A DNA stretch of 64,000 bases from Candidatus Bathyarchaeota archaeon (GTDB lineage: Archaea; Thermoproteota; Bathyarchaeia; 40CM-2-53-6; RBG-13-38-9), in contig JAOZGX010000047.1 in NCBI GenBank assembly GCA_026015185.1, positions 3,475-67,474 on the forward strand. Direction: 5' to 3'. A program made the position numbers and the translations under genes. This document shows, piece by piece, positions 50,240-59,294 of the stretch. The stretch's first letter is position 1. Each line of letters starts with the position of its first letter. Under the pieces are notes generated by a model. It ran no database searches, was not told the DNA's origin, and saw only the letters and a list, made by a program, of their open reading frames with translations.

Positions 50240-50830
50240 GTGTATGTTATGCATCGACTTAGGCAAATATTATTAAAATCCCCTTGGATTATTTATTTTC
50301 CACTTTGGGCTTTATGGATAGTTCTTAATTTCACTGGCCCTGGGGCTTGGATTGGTCCAACAGTTCTAAAGCAACTTGTTTTAGGGCCAAGAACAGATTT
50401 GAATGTTATCTTTCCGATTACTTGGATAAGTGCTGTCGTATCTTTTATCTTTATAATTTATTTTCTTAGGAATCGGACTTCATTTTTTAATTCGTTGGCC
50501 ATATCTGCAGCATCTCAACTTGGAGCTACTTTCTTATTTGAATTCATCTTTAGTATTATCGCACTTTGTATTCATGATCATCCTATTTTAGAAGGAAATC
50601 CTTACTACATAGTGATCGGTCTATCATGGCTTGTCATGCCGATATGTGGAATAAGTTTCTGGTCATGGAATCAGCATCTTCAGGTATCAATAGGATTATT
50701 TGTATTGGGATTTTTGGTATGGTCGTTTATCGGATTTCCGATTTTGAAGGGGATAGATAGCATAGTATTAAACTATCTTACCAAGATTGCCTCATTTTAT
50801 ATAATTACGAGTTTGTACATTTCGGAATGA
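50240..50830 (+). CDS. Hypothetical membrane protein
   Basis: 196-aa ORF with about 6 hydrophobic segments. Confidence 0.65.
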   Translation: MYVMHRLRQILLKSPWIIYFPLWALWIVLNFTGPGAWIGPTVLKQLVLGPRTDLNVIFPITWISAVVSFIFIIYFLRNRTSFFNSLAISAASQLGATFLFEFIFSIIALCIHDHPILEGNPYYIVIGLSWLVMPICGISFWSWNQHLQVSIGLFVLGFLVWSFIGFPILKGIDSIVLNYLTKIASFYIITSLYISE

Positions 50831-50844
50831 TGCTCATTTGAAGG

Positions 50845-52044
50845 CTACACTTCACAGACCGGCGCTCGCTTATATGCCCATAGAGAGATCAATAGAATTG
50901 CAATTGTTACAGCAAGTGGCAATCCGTATATGTTCCAAGCACTTGATGACATACCAAGTAATAGAATGCCTAGGATAGTGATCATTAAAGCCCACCAGTA
51001 AGCGAGTTTTGAAACCCTCAATTTTCTTCTAAAAGATCCTCTCAATCTTTCAGCCATACCAAAAAGACCAAATGGAATTATCAGAATATTGAATAATGCA
51101 GTACCCCAATGCATAGGATCCCAAGGTGGTTCGGGTGGAAGATTCACTTCCATAGGTTCACCAAAGAAAGCTCTAGATACCCAATAGATAAAGGGCATGT
51201 GTAATAGAAATAGAAAAGCAAGGGTTAAGAAGTGAATTTTGAGCCAATTTCGCCAGCGATGATGTGAAAATAGAAGCTCTTGCTTTCTGCCCTTTTCAAT
51301 TAGAATTAAAACAGCCATAATTATTAATAATATTAATGCTACGTATGTGCTTTGAATTCCAGATATCGCACCTGCCTCAGTTGGAATGATCAAAAAAGCC
51401 GAAAGTGCAGCTACAAGACTTGAGGATAATTTTTTCGCTTTGTATGCAACACCAATAGTAATTAGAATAATAGGGAAAGCGAAGTTATGTGCCCATCTGG
51501 GATCTGAAAGATAAGATGATAAATGTGGAAATAGCCACAAATATAGCCAGAACATTCCCATGAGGATTAGACCCGCACCAATATCAGTGAATCTCTTTAT
51601 TTTTAAGGCAACAGTTCTTGGAGGATTTAGGATCTCACACAACCTTTCATGGTGACCTTCCTCATCTGTATATATTTTTTGTAAAAGTTTCTTTATTCGC
51701 TCTTCTCCCTCTTCGTCCGCTATCTTGATGTATTTCTCAAGACGCCTCATGGCTTCAGCTTCGACATCTATATCTCTTTTTATAAGTTCTTCACGGGTCT
51801 TTCCAGCAGGTTTTAATTTTTTAGGAACTGTAGTAGGCACACCACCAAGACGAGCCACTTCTCTGGAACACCATTCAATGTGAGACATCTCTTCCATTGA
51901 GAAGTCTTCCATTAAATCGATCATCAGAGGATCATCAGTTAGGTAAGCGTGCTGTTGGTACTCTGCTACAGCTGCAAGCTCCACTGCAACAAGATCATTT
52001 AAAAATGTAATAAGTCTAGATTTGCCCATTGATAACGCCTTCAA
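50845..52044 (-). CDS. Bacterioferritin/ferritin-like di-iron domain fused to a polytopic membrane domain
   Basis: 'E..A..EY..H', 'EEMSH', 'LGGVP', 'E.EA', 'DEEGH', followed by about 8 TM helices. Confidence 0.8.
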   Translation of the reverse strand: MKALSMGKSRLITFLNDLVAVELAAVAEYQQHAYLTDDPLMIDLMEDFSMEEMSHIEWCSREVARLGGVPTTVPKKLKPAGKTREELIKRDIDVEAEAMRRLEKYIKIADEEGEERIKKLLQKIYTDEEGHHERLCEILNPPRTVALKIKRFTDIGAGLILMGMFWLYLWLFPHLSSYLSDPRWAHNFAFPIILITIGVAYKAKKLSSSLVAALSAFLIIPTEAGAISGIQSTYVALILLIIMAVLILIEKGRKQELLFSHHRWRNWLKIHFLTLAFLFLLHMPFIYWVSRAFFGEPMEVNLPPEPPWDPMHWGTALFNILIIPFGLFGMAERLRGSFRRKLRVSKLAYWWALMITILGILLLGMSSSAWNIYGLPLAVTIAILLISLWAYKRAPVCEV

Positions 52045-52098
52045 TTAACCAAACTATGAAATAGTCAGCTAAAAAATTTGATATTTTAATTATATATA

Positions 52099-53367
52099 TT
52101 ATTTGGCATATTTCTTGCTATCCTTTACCAATTTTATGATATATGTCCATCCCAAAACCTGCCAGGGTATCATTATTAGAAATTTTAACAACAATCTTGG
52201 GAATTTCACAATTCTATCCAATTCTCTTATAAAAGTCAATGGACGCGAAGAAATTAGGAAGAACATTTGGAAAGGGCTTGTATTTATGATCGAAAATATT
52301 GATGGCAAAATCCACGCCAGAGAGATTATCTTCCAATTCTTATCATAAACTAAAGTTGGGAGAATTATTAACGGAATTAAGAGAATAATATTCTGCTCAG
52401 AGACCCAACTTCTTGTTAGAATTGTAATGAAGATAATTGAAGAAGCCCATCTAAAAAGATCAATTCTATTTTCCAACTTTGTTTTTGACAACCCATAATA
52501 TAGAAAAACAAGTGCTGGAATCCATAGGTAACCCAGAAATTCTAATTCAGGAGGAAGTTTTTCCATGCCAGACAATAGATCAAAAATATTGAAGAAAGTA
52601 AAACATCCAGCTCTAATGAAATGGAAATCCAAATTACTAATTATAATGTTTAGATCCCAATCGAATATTCTAAAGGGTAGATAAGATAAACTGATAAAAG
52701 CCACTACAAAGGTTAAAAAAAATTTAATACTGCTTGAGGATTCATGATTTCTTTTTAGAAATATTAGATACATTGGAAAAAGTAAAAGCGGGATTATCTT
52801 CAAAGAAGTTGCAAGGGCAATAAGTAAAGATGATTTGATCCATTTACAATACAGTAAATAATCTATCGCCAAAATCACCAGCATGATAACAACGGAATCG
52901 AATTGCCCCCAGACAGCAGAGATATAGATGAAATAAGGATTAAAAAGAAAGAAGTGAAAAATCCTGTTCGAATTTATTTTATCTATACCTTCTTGATTGG
53001 CAATCTTTTCCATTATGAAAGCTAGTCCTATGTTGGCTAATATTCCAGGAATCTTTACTGCCAGATTATATACGAATATGTTGCTTGTGGATTTGTAGAC
53101 AATGAGATACACTAAGCCTAGAAATAGTCCCCAAGGAGGAGGGTATCCTAATCCAGGAAGGATTTCAAAGAATCCTTGATGATCGAAAATTGGACTTGTA
53201 GAAAATAATCCATAAGGTGCATTTCCGTTTGCAACAATATATCCACTTGTTAGGAAAATGCCCATATCGTATTGATGTCCTAAGAACAATCCTAAAATGC
53301 ATTGAATAATAAAACTGAATAGAACAAGAAAGAATCTTTTCCTATTAAATATCAACTTATTCGCCAT
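52099..53367 (-). CDS. GT-C fold membrane glycosyltransferase (PIG-M/GT87-like)
   Basis: 'GHQYD', 'GYPP', 'KIP', 'FLFNP..I..SAVWGQFD', 'LK..P'. Confidence 0.78.
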   Translation of the reverse strand: MANKLIFNRKRFFLVLFSFIIQCILGLFLGHQYDMGIFLTSGYIVANGNAPYGLFSTSPIFDHQGFFEILPGLGYPPPWGLFLGLVYLIVYKSTSNIFVYNLAVKIPGILANIGLAFIMEKIANQEGIDKINSNRIFHFFLFNPYFIYISAVWGQFDSVVIMLVILAIDYLLYCKWIKSSLLIALATSLKIIPLLLFPMYLIFLKRNHESSSSIKFFLTFVVAFISLSYLPFRIFDWDLNIIISNLDFHFIRAGCFTFFNIFDLLSGMEKLPPELEFLGYLWIPALVFLYYGLSKTKLENRIDLFRWASSIIFITILTRSWVSEQNIILLIPLIILPTLVYDKNWKIISLAWILPSIFSIINTSPFQMFFLISSRPLTFIRELDRIVKFPRLLLKFLIMIPWQVLGWTYIIKLVKDSKKYAK

Positions 53368-53382
53368 TCAGTTCTGCTATAA

Positions 53383-54744
53383 TTATCTTAAGACTCTGAA
53401 TATTTTATCAGTAAACCAATTAAACGGCTGCCCGAATATTTTGTAACCAGATCGTCCAAGATATTTCACAATCCTAAATTGCACAGCTGCTTTGATAATC
53501 GCAAATTTCAGTTTAGATTCAGAAAATTCTGAATCAAATTCCAATCTTTGATTGATAAGCCTTATTCCATGTGATTTTTTACTTTTCAAGGTATTCTTTA
53601 CCTTCATATGAAGACCGGTCCCTGGAATGGGATATGGAAGAGTGAAGGATACGTAATCTAAAGGAAGAGAAATTGCAAAGTCTATTGTATCAAGAATCGT
53701 CTCATTGCTTTCACCAGGATAACCTAAAATGAAAAAAGCCCCAGTCTCGATGCCAGCTGAACTAGCGGCGTTTATACCTTCTCTAGCTGTCTGAATTTCT
53801 ATATCTTTTTTCATAATCGTTTTTAAAATCTTATCATTCCCGGACTCAAGTCCAAAGTATATCCTTTGACAGCCAGCTTTCTTCATATGGTGAGCCATCT
53901 CCGCATCAAAGGTGTCTGCTCTAGATAAGCACTGCCATCTTATATCTAGATTTTGAGAAATTATCTCTTTACAGATTTCAATCACTCGCTCTTTTGAGAT
54001 AGTAAAACAATCATCTGCAAACCAGATCACATCATATCCTAATTTCTTGATCGAAACCATTTCCTCGACTATATTTTTAGGAGACCGAAGTCGTACAGTA
54101 TCGCCAAAAATCGGTTTGCTGCAAAAATCACAGTTATATGGGCAACCTCTAGTTGATATCATAGATGTCATTTTGTGACCAAAATATCTTTCATAGTAAT
54201 TCTGGTATGATTCATTATCAAAGAGTTCTCTAGCAGGTGAAGGAATTGAATCAATATCTTTGATAATAGAACTTTGCCTATTGTAATGGATTTTACCTTT
54301 ATCATTATATGCTATTCCAATAGTCTTCCGAAAATCTTTAGAATTGAAATAATTCATCGTTAGCTCTAGCATAATCTTTTCACCTTCTCCAATTATGACA
54401 GCATCAAAATCCTTTAGAAAATTTGAGGGTTCAATCGTAGGGAGTGGTCCTCCAACGACCAACAGACCAGTCATGTCCCTAACACTTTTTGCTAGAGATA
54501 TGCTTTCTTTTTCAATAGAATACATGGAATAGAATCCAATTATCTGTGGCTCTGATTTTTTGATCTCATTTAACACATCTACTTCAGTCTTAAAAGTACA
54601 ATCTATTATTCTTACCGTAAAATTTTCTTGCTTCAAAGTCGAAGCAATATATCCTAGTCCCAAAGGCGGAAATCTAAAAGGAGAATTATTCCATCTCTTC
54701 TTAAAGATAGGATTAACAAGAAGAACATCTACCAATAGATTCAC
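53383..54744 (-). CDS. Cobalamin-binding radical SAM protein (class B methyltransferase-like)
   Basis: 'PPLGLGYIA', 'GGP.PT', 'GEGE', 'RGCPYNCDFC', 'ADDCF', 'GLESG', 'PIPGT'. Confidence 0.92.
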   Translation of the reverse strand: MNLLVDVLLVNPIFKKRWNNSPFRFPPLGLGYIASTLKQENFTVRIIDCTFKTEVDVLNEIKKSEPQIIGFYSMYSIEKESISLAKSVRDMTGLLVVGGPLPTIEPSNFLKDFDAVIIGEGEKIMLELTMNYFNSKDFRKTIGIAYNDKGKIHYNRQSSIIKDIDSIPSPARELFDNESYQNYYERYFGHKMTSMISTRGCPYNCDFCSKPIFGDTVRLRSPKNIVEEMVSIKKLGYDVIWFADDCFTISKERVIEICKEIISQNLDIRWQCLSRADTFDAEMAHHMKKAGCQRIYFGLESGNDKILKTIMKKDIEIQTAREGINAASSAGIETGAFFILGYPGESNETILDTIDFAISLPLDYVSFTLPYPIPGTGLHMKVKNTLKSKKSHGIRLINQRLEFDSEFSESKLKFAIIKAAVQFRIVKYLGRSGYKIFGQPFNWFTDKIFRVLR

Positions 54745-55589
54745 CTTTTGAGATGAATGTTATATGTGAAACATTCAATTCTTTTTGGGATCGAATAACA
54801 AAAACCAGACCAATTTAAACGTGGTCTAAGAGATTCACGTCCTCTAAATAGAACCGTTCCAGGAATTTCTTCAAGGCAAAACTTGACATTTGCCGCAATA
54901 TTTGATAAACATGCTTTTTTCGACTTAACTTCCTGCCATACTCCAATTTCGTCGTTTGTTAGAGTCTTTCCTTCTTCTTCATAAATATTAAAGTCAGAGG
55001 ATTGTTCATTAAAGATCAATATTTTTTGAATTTTTTTATCAATCAAGCCAGTAGAATCTACACTGATTTTTAATTGATCACCAATCAGTGAATAAACAAT
55101 TCTGATTTGACCCTTAGTTTCAATTTTTTGATGTGATAATCTTACACCAATTAATGATTGAATCCTAATAAGGGCATTCAGTAATGGTCTAGCTTTTTTG
55201 TTTTCTCTATATATTTTCGTTAACTTAGGTAGTAAAGTACCATAGAACCGATTATCTACATAGAATTTGCCTTTCCAATTTCTTCTTAAAATAGTATCAA
55301 TTTCAAAATTTTTCACTAAAGCGTCATTTTTTTTTGATATGCTTGCTGTGGAGGAGAAAATAACATCATTAGGATATTCTATAGCAACTGAACCGAATCC
55401 GATACCTTCACCACTTAGAGATCGATCCCTAAAATAGAGTTCAAGACCCTTTTGCAATCCCGATGAATCCCCAATATTGAAATGGTTCATATCAAATAAT
55501 TTCAATGAGATCTCACCATCAAGAATTAGGGATTTTTTTTCGAGTTTTTCGTAAGAAGTTTGATTGAGAGATCGATTTTTAACATTCAT
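54741..55589 (-). CDS. Hypothetical protein, translationally coupled to the B12-radical SAM gene
   Basis: 282-aa ORF with a 4-bp overlap; no family recognised. Confidence 0.7.
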   Translation of the reverse strand: MNVKNRSLNQTSYEKLEKKSLILDGEISLKLFDMNHFNIGDSSGLQKGLELYFRDRSLSGEGIGFGSVAIEYPNDVIFSSTASISKKNDALVKNFEIDTILRRNWKGKFYVDNRFYGTLLPKLTKIYRENKKARPLLNALIRIQSLIGVRLSHQKIETKGQIRIVYSLIGDQLKISVDSTGLIDKKIQKILIFNEQSSDFNIYEEEGKTLTNDEIGVWQEVKSKKACLSNIAANVKFCLEEIPGTVLFRGRESLRPRLNWSGFCYSIPKRIECFTYNIHLKR

Positions 55590-55777
55590 TACGATTTAAT
55601 GCATCCCTATATTTTCCTTATTAATGCTTACAAATCTAGTAAAAAATTTATTGATTCGCAATCCTATTCATAAGAAGTCTTATTAAAATTATTTTAGGAG
55701 AAATTTCAGTTATTCTTTTTGAAACCATTCTTTTATATTTTATAAAATTGCAATTATTTCGAGGGGTTTTAAAAAAT

Positions 55778-56206
55778 ATGTCTTCTTCAGTCCTGGTTAG
55801 AGATTTAATGAGCAGAAATGTGAAAACCGTAAGACCTGATTCCAAGCTAAGAGAAGTTATTGAGAAGATGGTTAAATTTCATATTGGATCTATTATAGTT
55901 GTTCAAGGCGATAAGCCCATTGGTATCATTACAGAAAGGGATACTTTAAAATGTCTAACTGAGTCCCGTTTTGATTTAGAAGTCGCAGAAGCTAAGGATA
56001 TCATGTCAGGTCCTTTAGTTACAATAACAGAGGATGAGGATATAGAGCAGGCTTCCAGACTTATGATTAGAAATAATATCAAGAAGTTGCCCGTAGTTAT
56101 GGAAGGTAAGTTAGTAGGGATAGTCACTTCTTCAGACATAGTCAGAGGAACAGACCTGCTAACAGATACTCTTAAAGACATTTATAAAATCGGCAGAGAT
56201 GATTAA
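55778..56206 (+). CDS. CBS domain pair protein
   Basis: 'VRDLMS..V.TV', 'GIITERD', 'KLPV...LVGIVT..D'; ATG at 55778. Confidence 0.92.
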   Translation: MSSSVLVRDLMSRNVKTVRPDSKLREVIEKMVKFHIGSIIVVQGDKPIGIITERDTLKCLTESRFDLEVAEAKDIMSGPLVTITEDEDIEQASRLMIRNNIKKLPVVMEGKLVGIVTSSDIVRGTDLLTDTLKDIYKIGRDD

Positions 56207-56452
56207 GAAATTTATCTCATGCTAAAGCAAAAAAAACTTTTAATATAAATTATTGAAAATAATTTTGAAATTATTTAGGTTTAAACTTTCCACAATAATA
56301 ATCCTTTTTTACTTTTTGCTTAATCAAAGAACAATTCAAGACCCCTTTTTTACTCCTCAAATATGCACAATTTTTACAGATCTTTTCCACGTCCATTCAT
56401 GTTCACCAAATTAATTTTTGTTATATTAATTATCTAACTATATCAAACTTTT

Positions 56453-56878
56453 TTAGGTTAATTTTTTAGAATGCAATCCTAATTTTTTTTCAATCCATGC
56501 TAACTTTAAAGTCATGTATGAAATCGCTGCAACAATTATTGCAGCTGAATAGAAGCCAATGCCAACTGCCATTCCTATTGAAGATGCTACCCATAAAGTT
56601 GCAGCAGTTGTGATTCCTGTAACCCTATCTCTAGTTTGAATGATAGTCCCAGCTCCAATAAAGCCTACACCAGCCACTATATAGGCCGCTATTCTAGATG
56701 GATCGGATCCTGGAAAAGCATAGAAAGAAAGGATTGTAAATTGAGCAGAACCTATCGAAACCAATATATGGGTTCTAAGGCCGGCTGGTTTGTCCCCTCT
56801 TTCTCTCTCAAGACCTATTAATGCACCCAATAGAAGAGCCAGAAATAATCTGATAATTAATTCAAATTCTGAGATCAT
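56453..56878 (-). CDS. MgtC/SapB family membrane protein
   Basis: 'IGLERE', 'AGLRTH', 'DPSRIAA..V.G.GFIGAG', 'GITTAA.LW'. Confidence 0.92.
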   Translation of the reverse strand: MISEFELIIRLFLALLLGALIGLERERGDKPAGLRTHILVSIGSAQFTILSFYAFPGSDPSRIAAYIVAGVGFIGAGTIIQTRDRVTGITTAATLWVASSIGMAVGIGFYSAAIIVAAISYMTLKLAWIEKKLGLHSKKLT

Positions 56879-56936
56879 GATTAGTTATTTATTAGCGATT
56901 TAGTTTATAAAATCGTGGGCATGCAATAGTATTGCA

Positions 56937-57653
56937 CTAAATCATTCGTTTATTCTTAATCAAATACCCAATTATTAACAAAGAGAAATGAACTAATGTC
57001 GCATCTAGTCCCAATATGAACATGCTATTTTTAAATGTGGTAAGCGTCACATTAATCGACTCTAATTCAATCGCTATTGCTCTAATAATTACTGAAAAGG
57101 ATTTGAGAGAATTTCTAATGAAGTCAATAATCTTCACTCCCATACGAGTGACATCATCAATCTCGTCGACAGTTTTGAAAATATCATCAAGACTGAGGCT
57201 TTGGCTTTCAAAAGCTTGGGACAACTCCTTCAGATCCATCGCTGCATTACTAAGTGTGGTGGCAAAATCCTCTGATATCAATAACAGTATTGGTGAGCCG
57301 GATGCTTGAGTTAATTGTTCTGATGCCCTCTCTATATCAATAGACAATCTTGAGAGCGCTATTGATGATTCATTCAAGGTAAAAAATACATTGGTAAATT
57401 TATCTTCAAAATCAATAGCTGATCTTCTTAAATCATCAAGTTGAGAGTATGTTTCATTCATTGAGTTTTCTACAATTCTCAGTTCATTAACAACAGTTCT
57501 CAAAGTAGATTCCGTCTGTCCAAGGCTAAACATATAATATGAGCCTACTATTGGCCAAATTATTGTTCCTAATAAACCAAAAACAATCAGAAATAGAGGA
57601 AATATTCTTTTAGGAGTTATCTTTCGATTTTTCAATTTTGATTTATTTGTCAT
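56937..57653 (-). CDS. Hypothetical membrane protein (two TM helices flanking a long amphipathic coiled coil)
   Basis: Hydrophobic termini and a heptad-like central region. Confidence 0.65.
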   Translation of the reverse strand: MTNKSKLKNRKITPKRIFPLFLIVFGLLGTIIWPIVGSYYMFSLGQTESTLRTVVNELRIVENSMNETYSQLDDLRRSAIDFEDKFTNVFFTLNESSIALSRLSIDIERASEQLTQASGSPILLLISEDFATTLSNAAMDLKELSQAFESQSLSLDDIFKTVDEIDDVTRMGVKIIDFIRNSLKSFSVIIRAIAIELESINVTLTTFKNSMFILGLDATLVHFSLLIIGYLIKNKRMI

Positions 57654-57833
57654 AATAAAAACCTAGCTTGACTTGAATTATAAGAATATGAGGTCTATTT
57701 AATTGAATTTGTAAGCTTAGTATGCTTAAATATAACTGTGTTATATTTTTTTCTCCAGTATTATTTTTAATTTATCTTGTTATTTTTATAATTTAAAGTT
57801 TCAAATATCATAACAGTATCGGAGGTGAAAAGA

Positions 57834-57956
57834 TTGGCTAAAAAAGGAGACAAGTACAAATGCGATACATGTGGAATTGTGGTAGTTATTGATGAAGATT
57901 GTGGCTGTGCTGAATGTGATTTAGTTTGCTGTCAAGGATCGATGGAGAAGTGTTAG
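57834..57956 (+). CDS. 40-aa Cys-rich desulforedoxin-like metal-binding microprotein (not in ORF track)
   Basis: MAKKGDKYKCDTCGIVVVIDEDCGCAECDLVCCQGSMEKC; SD GGAGGTGA at 57821-57828 and TATA-like TTTTATAATTTAAA upstream. Confidence 0.85.
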   Translation: MAKKGDKYKCDTCGIVVVIDEDCGCAECDLVCCQGSMEKC

Positions 57957-58071
57957 TCTTATATTAAACTGAAATACAAAGAATTTTTCTTAAATCTTTT
58001 TTATACTGCAGAGATAGATCCGTTCTAATGATGTTCATATGGAGGGCAAGACCTTATTCGGGGGTTAATTC

Positions 58072-59283
58072 ATGGAAATCTCAGCTGACATATTATCTCT
58101 TGGCGTGATTTTATTAGGTATTTTAATAGCGCCAATGATTTCGACTAAAATAAAAATTCCCGTACTTATCGTTGAGGTAATTTATGGCATAATTATTGGC
58201 AAGTCTTTTCTAAACATAGTAACTGAGATCGAATGGCTTAGATTTTTCTCTTTTTTTGGTCTTGTTTACCTACTATTCCTTGCTGGATTGGAGATAGAAT
58301 TTGAAGAAATTCGGAGATCTATAATTCCTGTCATAGCTTTGGCTACAGGCTCGCTGGTTGTACCTTTTACTTTTGGCTACTTACTGGCCAGGGTTATTCA
58401 AATCAATCCAATCTTTCTCGGAGTAATTTTATGTACTACTTCCTTAGGTGTTGTACTCCCTATCACCAAATCATTAAGACAATACAAGTCACTCCAAATC
58501 CTTCTAGGGGCTACTGTGCTTGTGGATCTTGTAAGTATGTTTCTTCTTGTACTTACTTTTGAGACTTTTGTAGGATCACTGACATATTCTTATCTCTTAT
58601 CAATATCGTTCTTTCTTGCTATGTTTATACTTCCATTAATTATTGGTAGACTAGGTATTGGATCTAAAATATGGAATTGGTCTTTGAAAAGATCTCACTT
58701 TCAATTTGAGTTAAGATTTTGTTTGGGTTTAATAGCTATATTTGCAGTATTAGCTGAACTTGTTGGAGTACATGCGATATTAGGAGCTTTTTTAGCGGGG
58801 CTAATAATATCAGAATTGACTGATAGGGGTAGCGATTTAGAAGAAAAGCTACTTGGAATTGGTTACGGATTTTTTGTTCCATTTTTCTTTATCTTAGTAG
58901 GAATAAACACAAATATACCTCAAATATTTGGAAGCATGGGCGGCTTGTTTATATTGGTTTCAATTATTTTTGTAGGTATCTTCAGCAAAGTAATAGGTGT
59001 TGGAATTGTATCAAAAATCTTGGGATTCTCTTCGCGAGAAAGTCTAGCTTTAGGGTTTATACAAAGTGCTAGACTCAGTCTTGTGTTAGCTGGCATCGAA
59101 ATAGGAAGAAGTATAGGTTTAATTGACATGGCAATGTATTCAATATTCGTTATTTTCGCAATAGTGAGTGTATTAATTGCACCTTCTATTGGAGTGAGTC
59201 TATTAAGAAAGAGATTAGAAATTGTAAAATCAGTAAGCATACCAGAAGAATTTTGGGAACCATATCACGAAGACTTGATATGA
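58072..59283 (+). CDS. Cation:proton antiporter (CPA2/NapA/KefB-like)
   Basis: 'LLFLAGLE', 'TTSLGVV.P', 'ILGAFLAGL', 'FF.PFFF..VG'; about 13 TM. Confidence 0.9.
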   Translation: MEISADILSLGVILLGILIAPMISTKIKIPVLIVEVIYGIIIGKSFLNIVTEIEWLRFFSFFGLVYLLFLAGLEIEFEEIRRSIIPVIALATGSLVVPFTFGYLLARVIQINPIFLGVILCTTSLGVVLPITKSLRQYKSLQILLGATVLVDLVSMFLLVLTFETFVGSLTYSYLLSISFFLAMFILPLIIGRLGIGSKIWNWSLKRSHFQFELRFCLGLIAIFAVLAELVGVHAILGAFLAGLIISELTDRGSDLEEKLLGIGYGFFVPFFFILVGINTNIPQIFGSMGGLFILVSIIFVGIFSKVIGVGIVSKILGFSSRESLALGFIQSARLSLVLAGIEIGRSIGLIDMAMYSIFVIFAIVSVLIAPSIGVSLLRKRLEIVKSVSIPEEFWEPYHEDLI

Positions 59284-59294
59284 CCAATAACCAG

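Noticed and set aside
56349-56396. Tiny minus-strand ORF MDVEKICKKLCIFEE
   Set aside because: No convincing SD or motif; length is compatible with chance
58005-58070. Possible fluoride or other riboswitch upstream of the cation antiporter
   Set aside because: Only a partial 'TAATGATG' resemblance; the required 5' GGNGAUGG segment and pseudoknot pairing were not found
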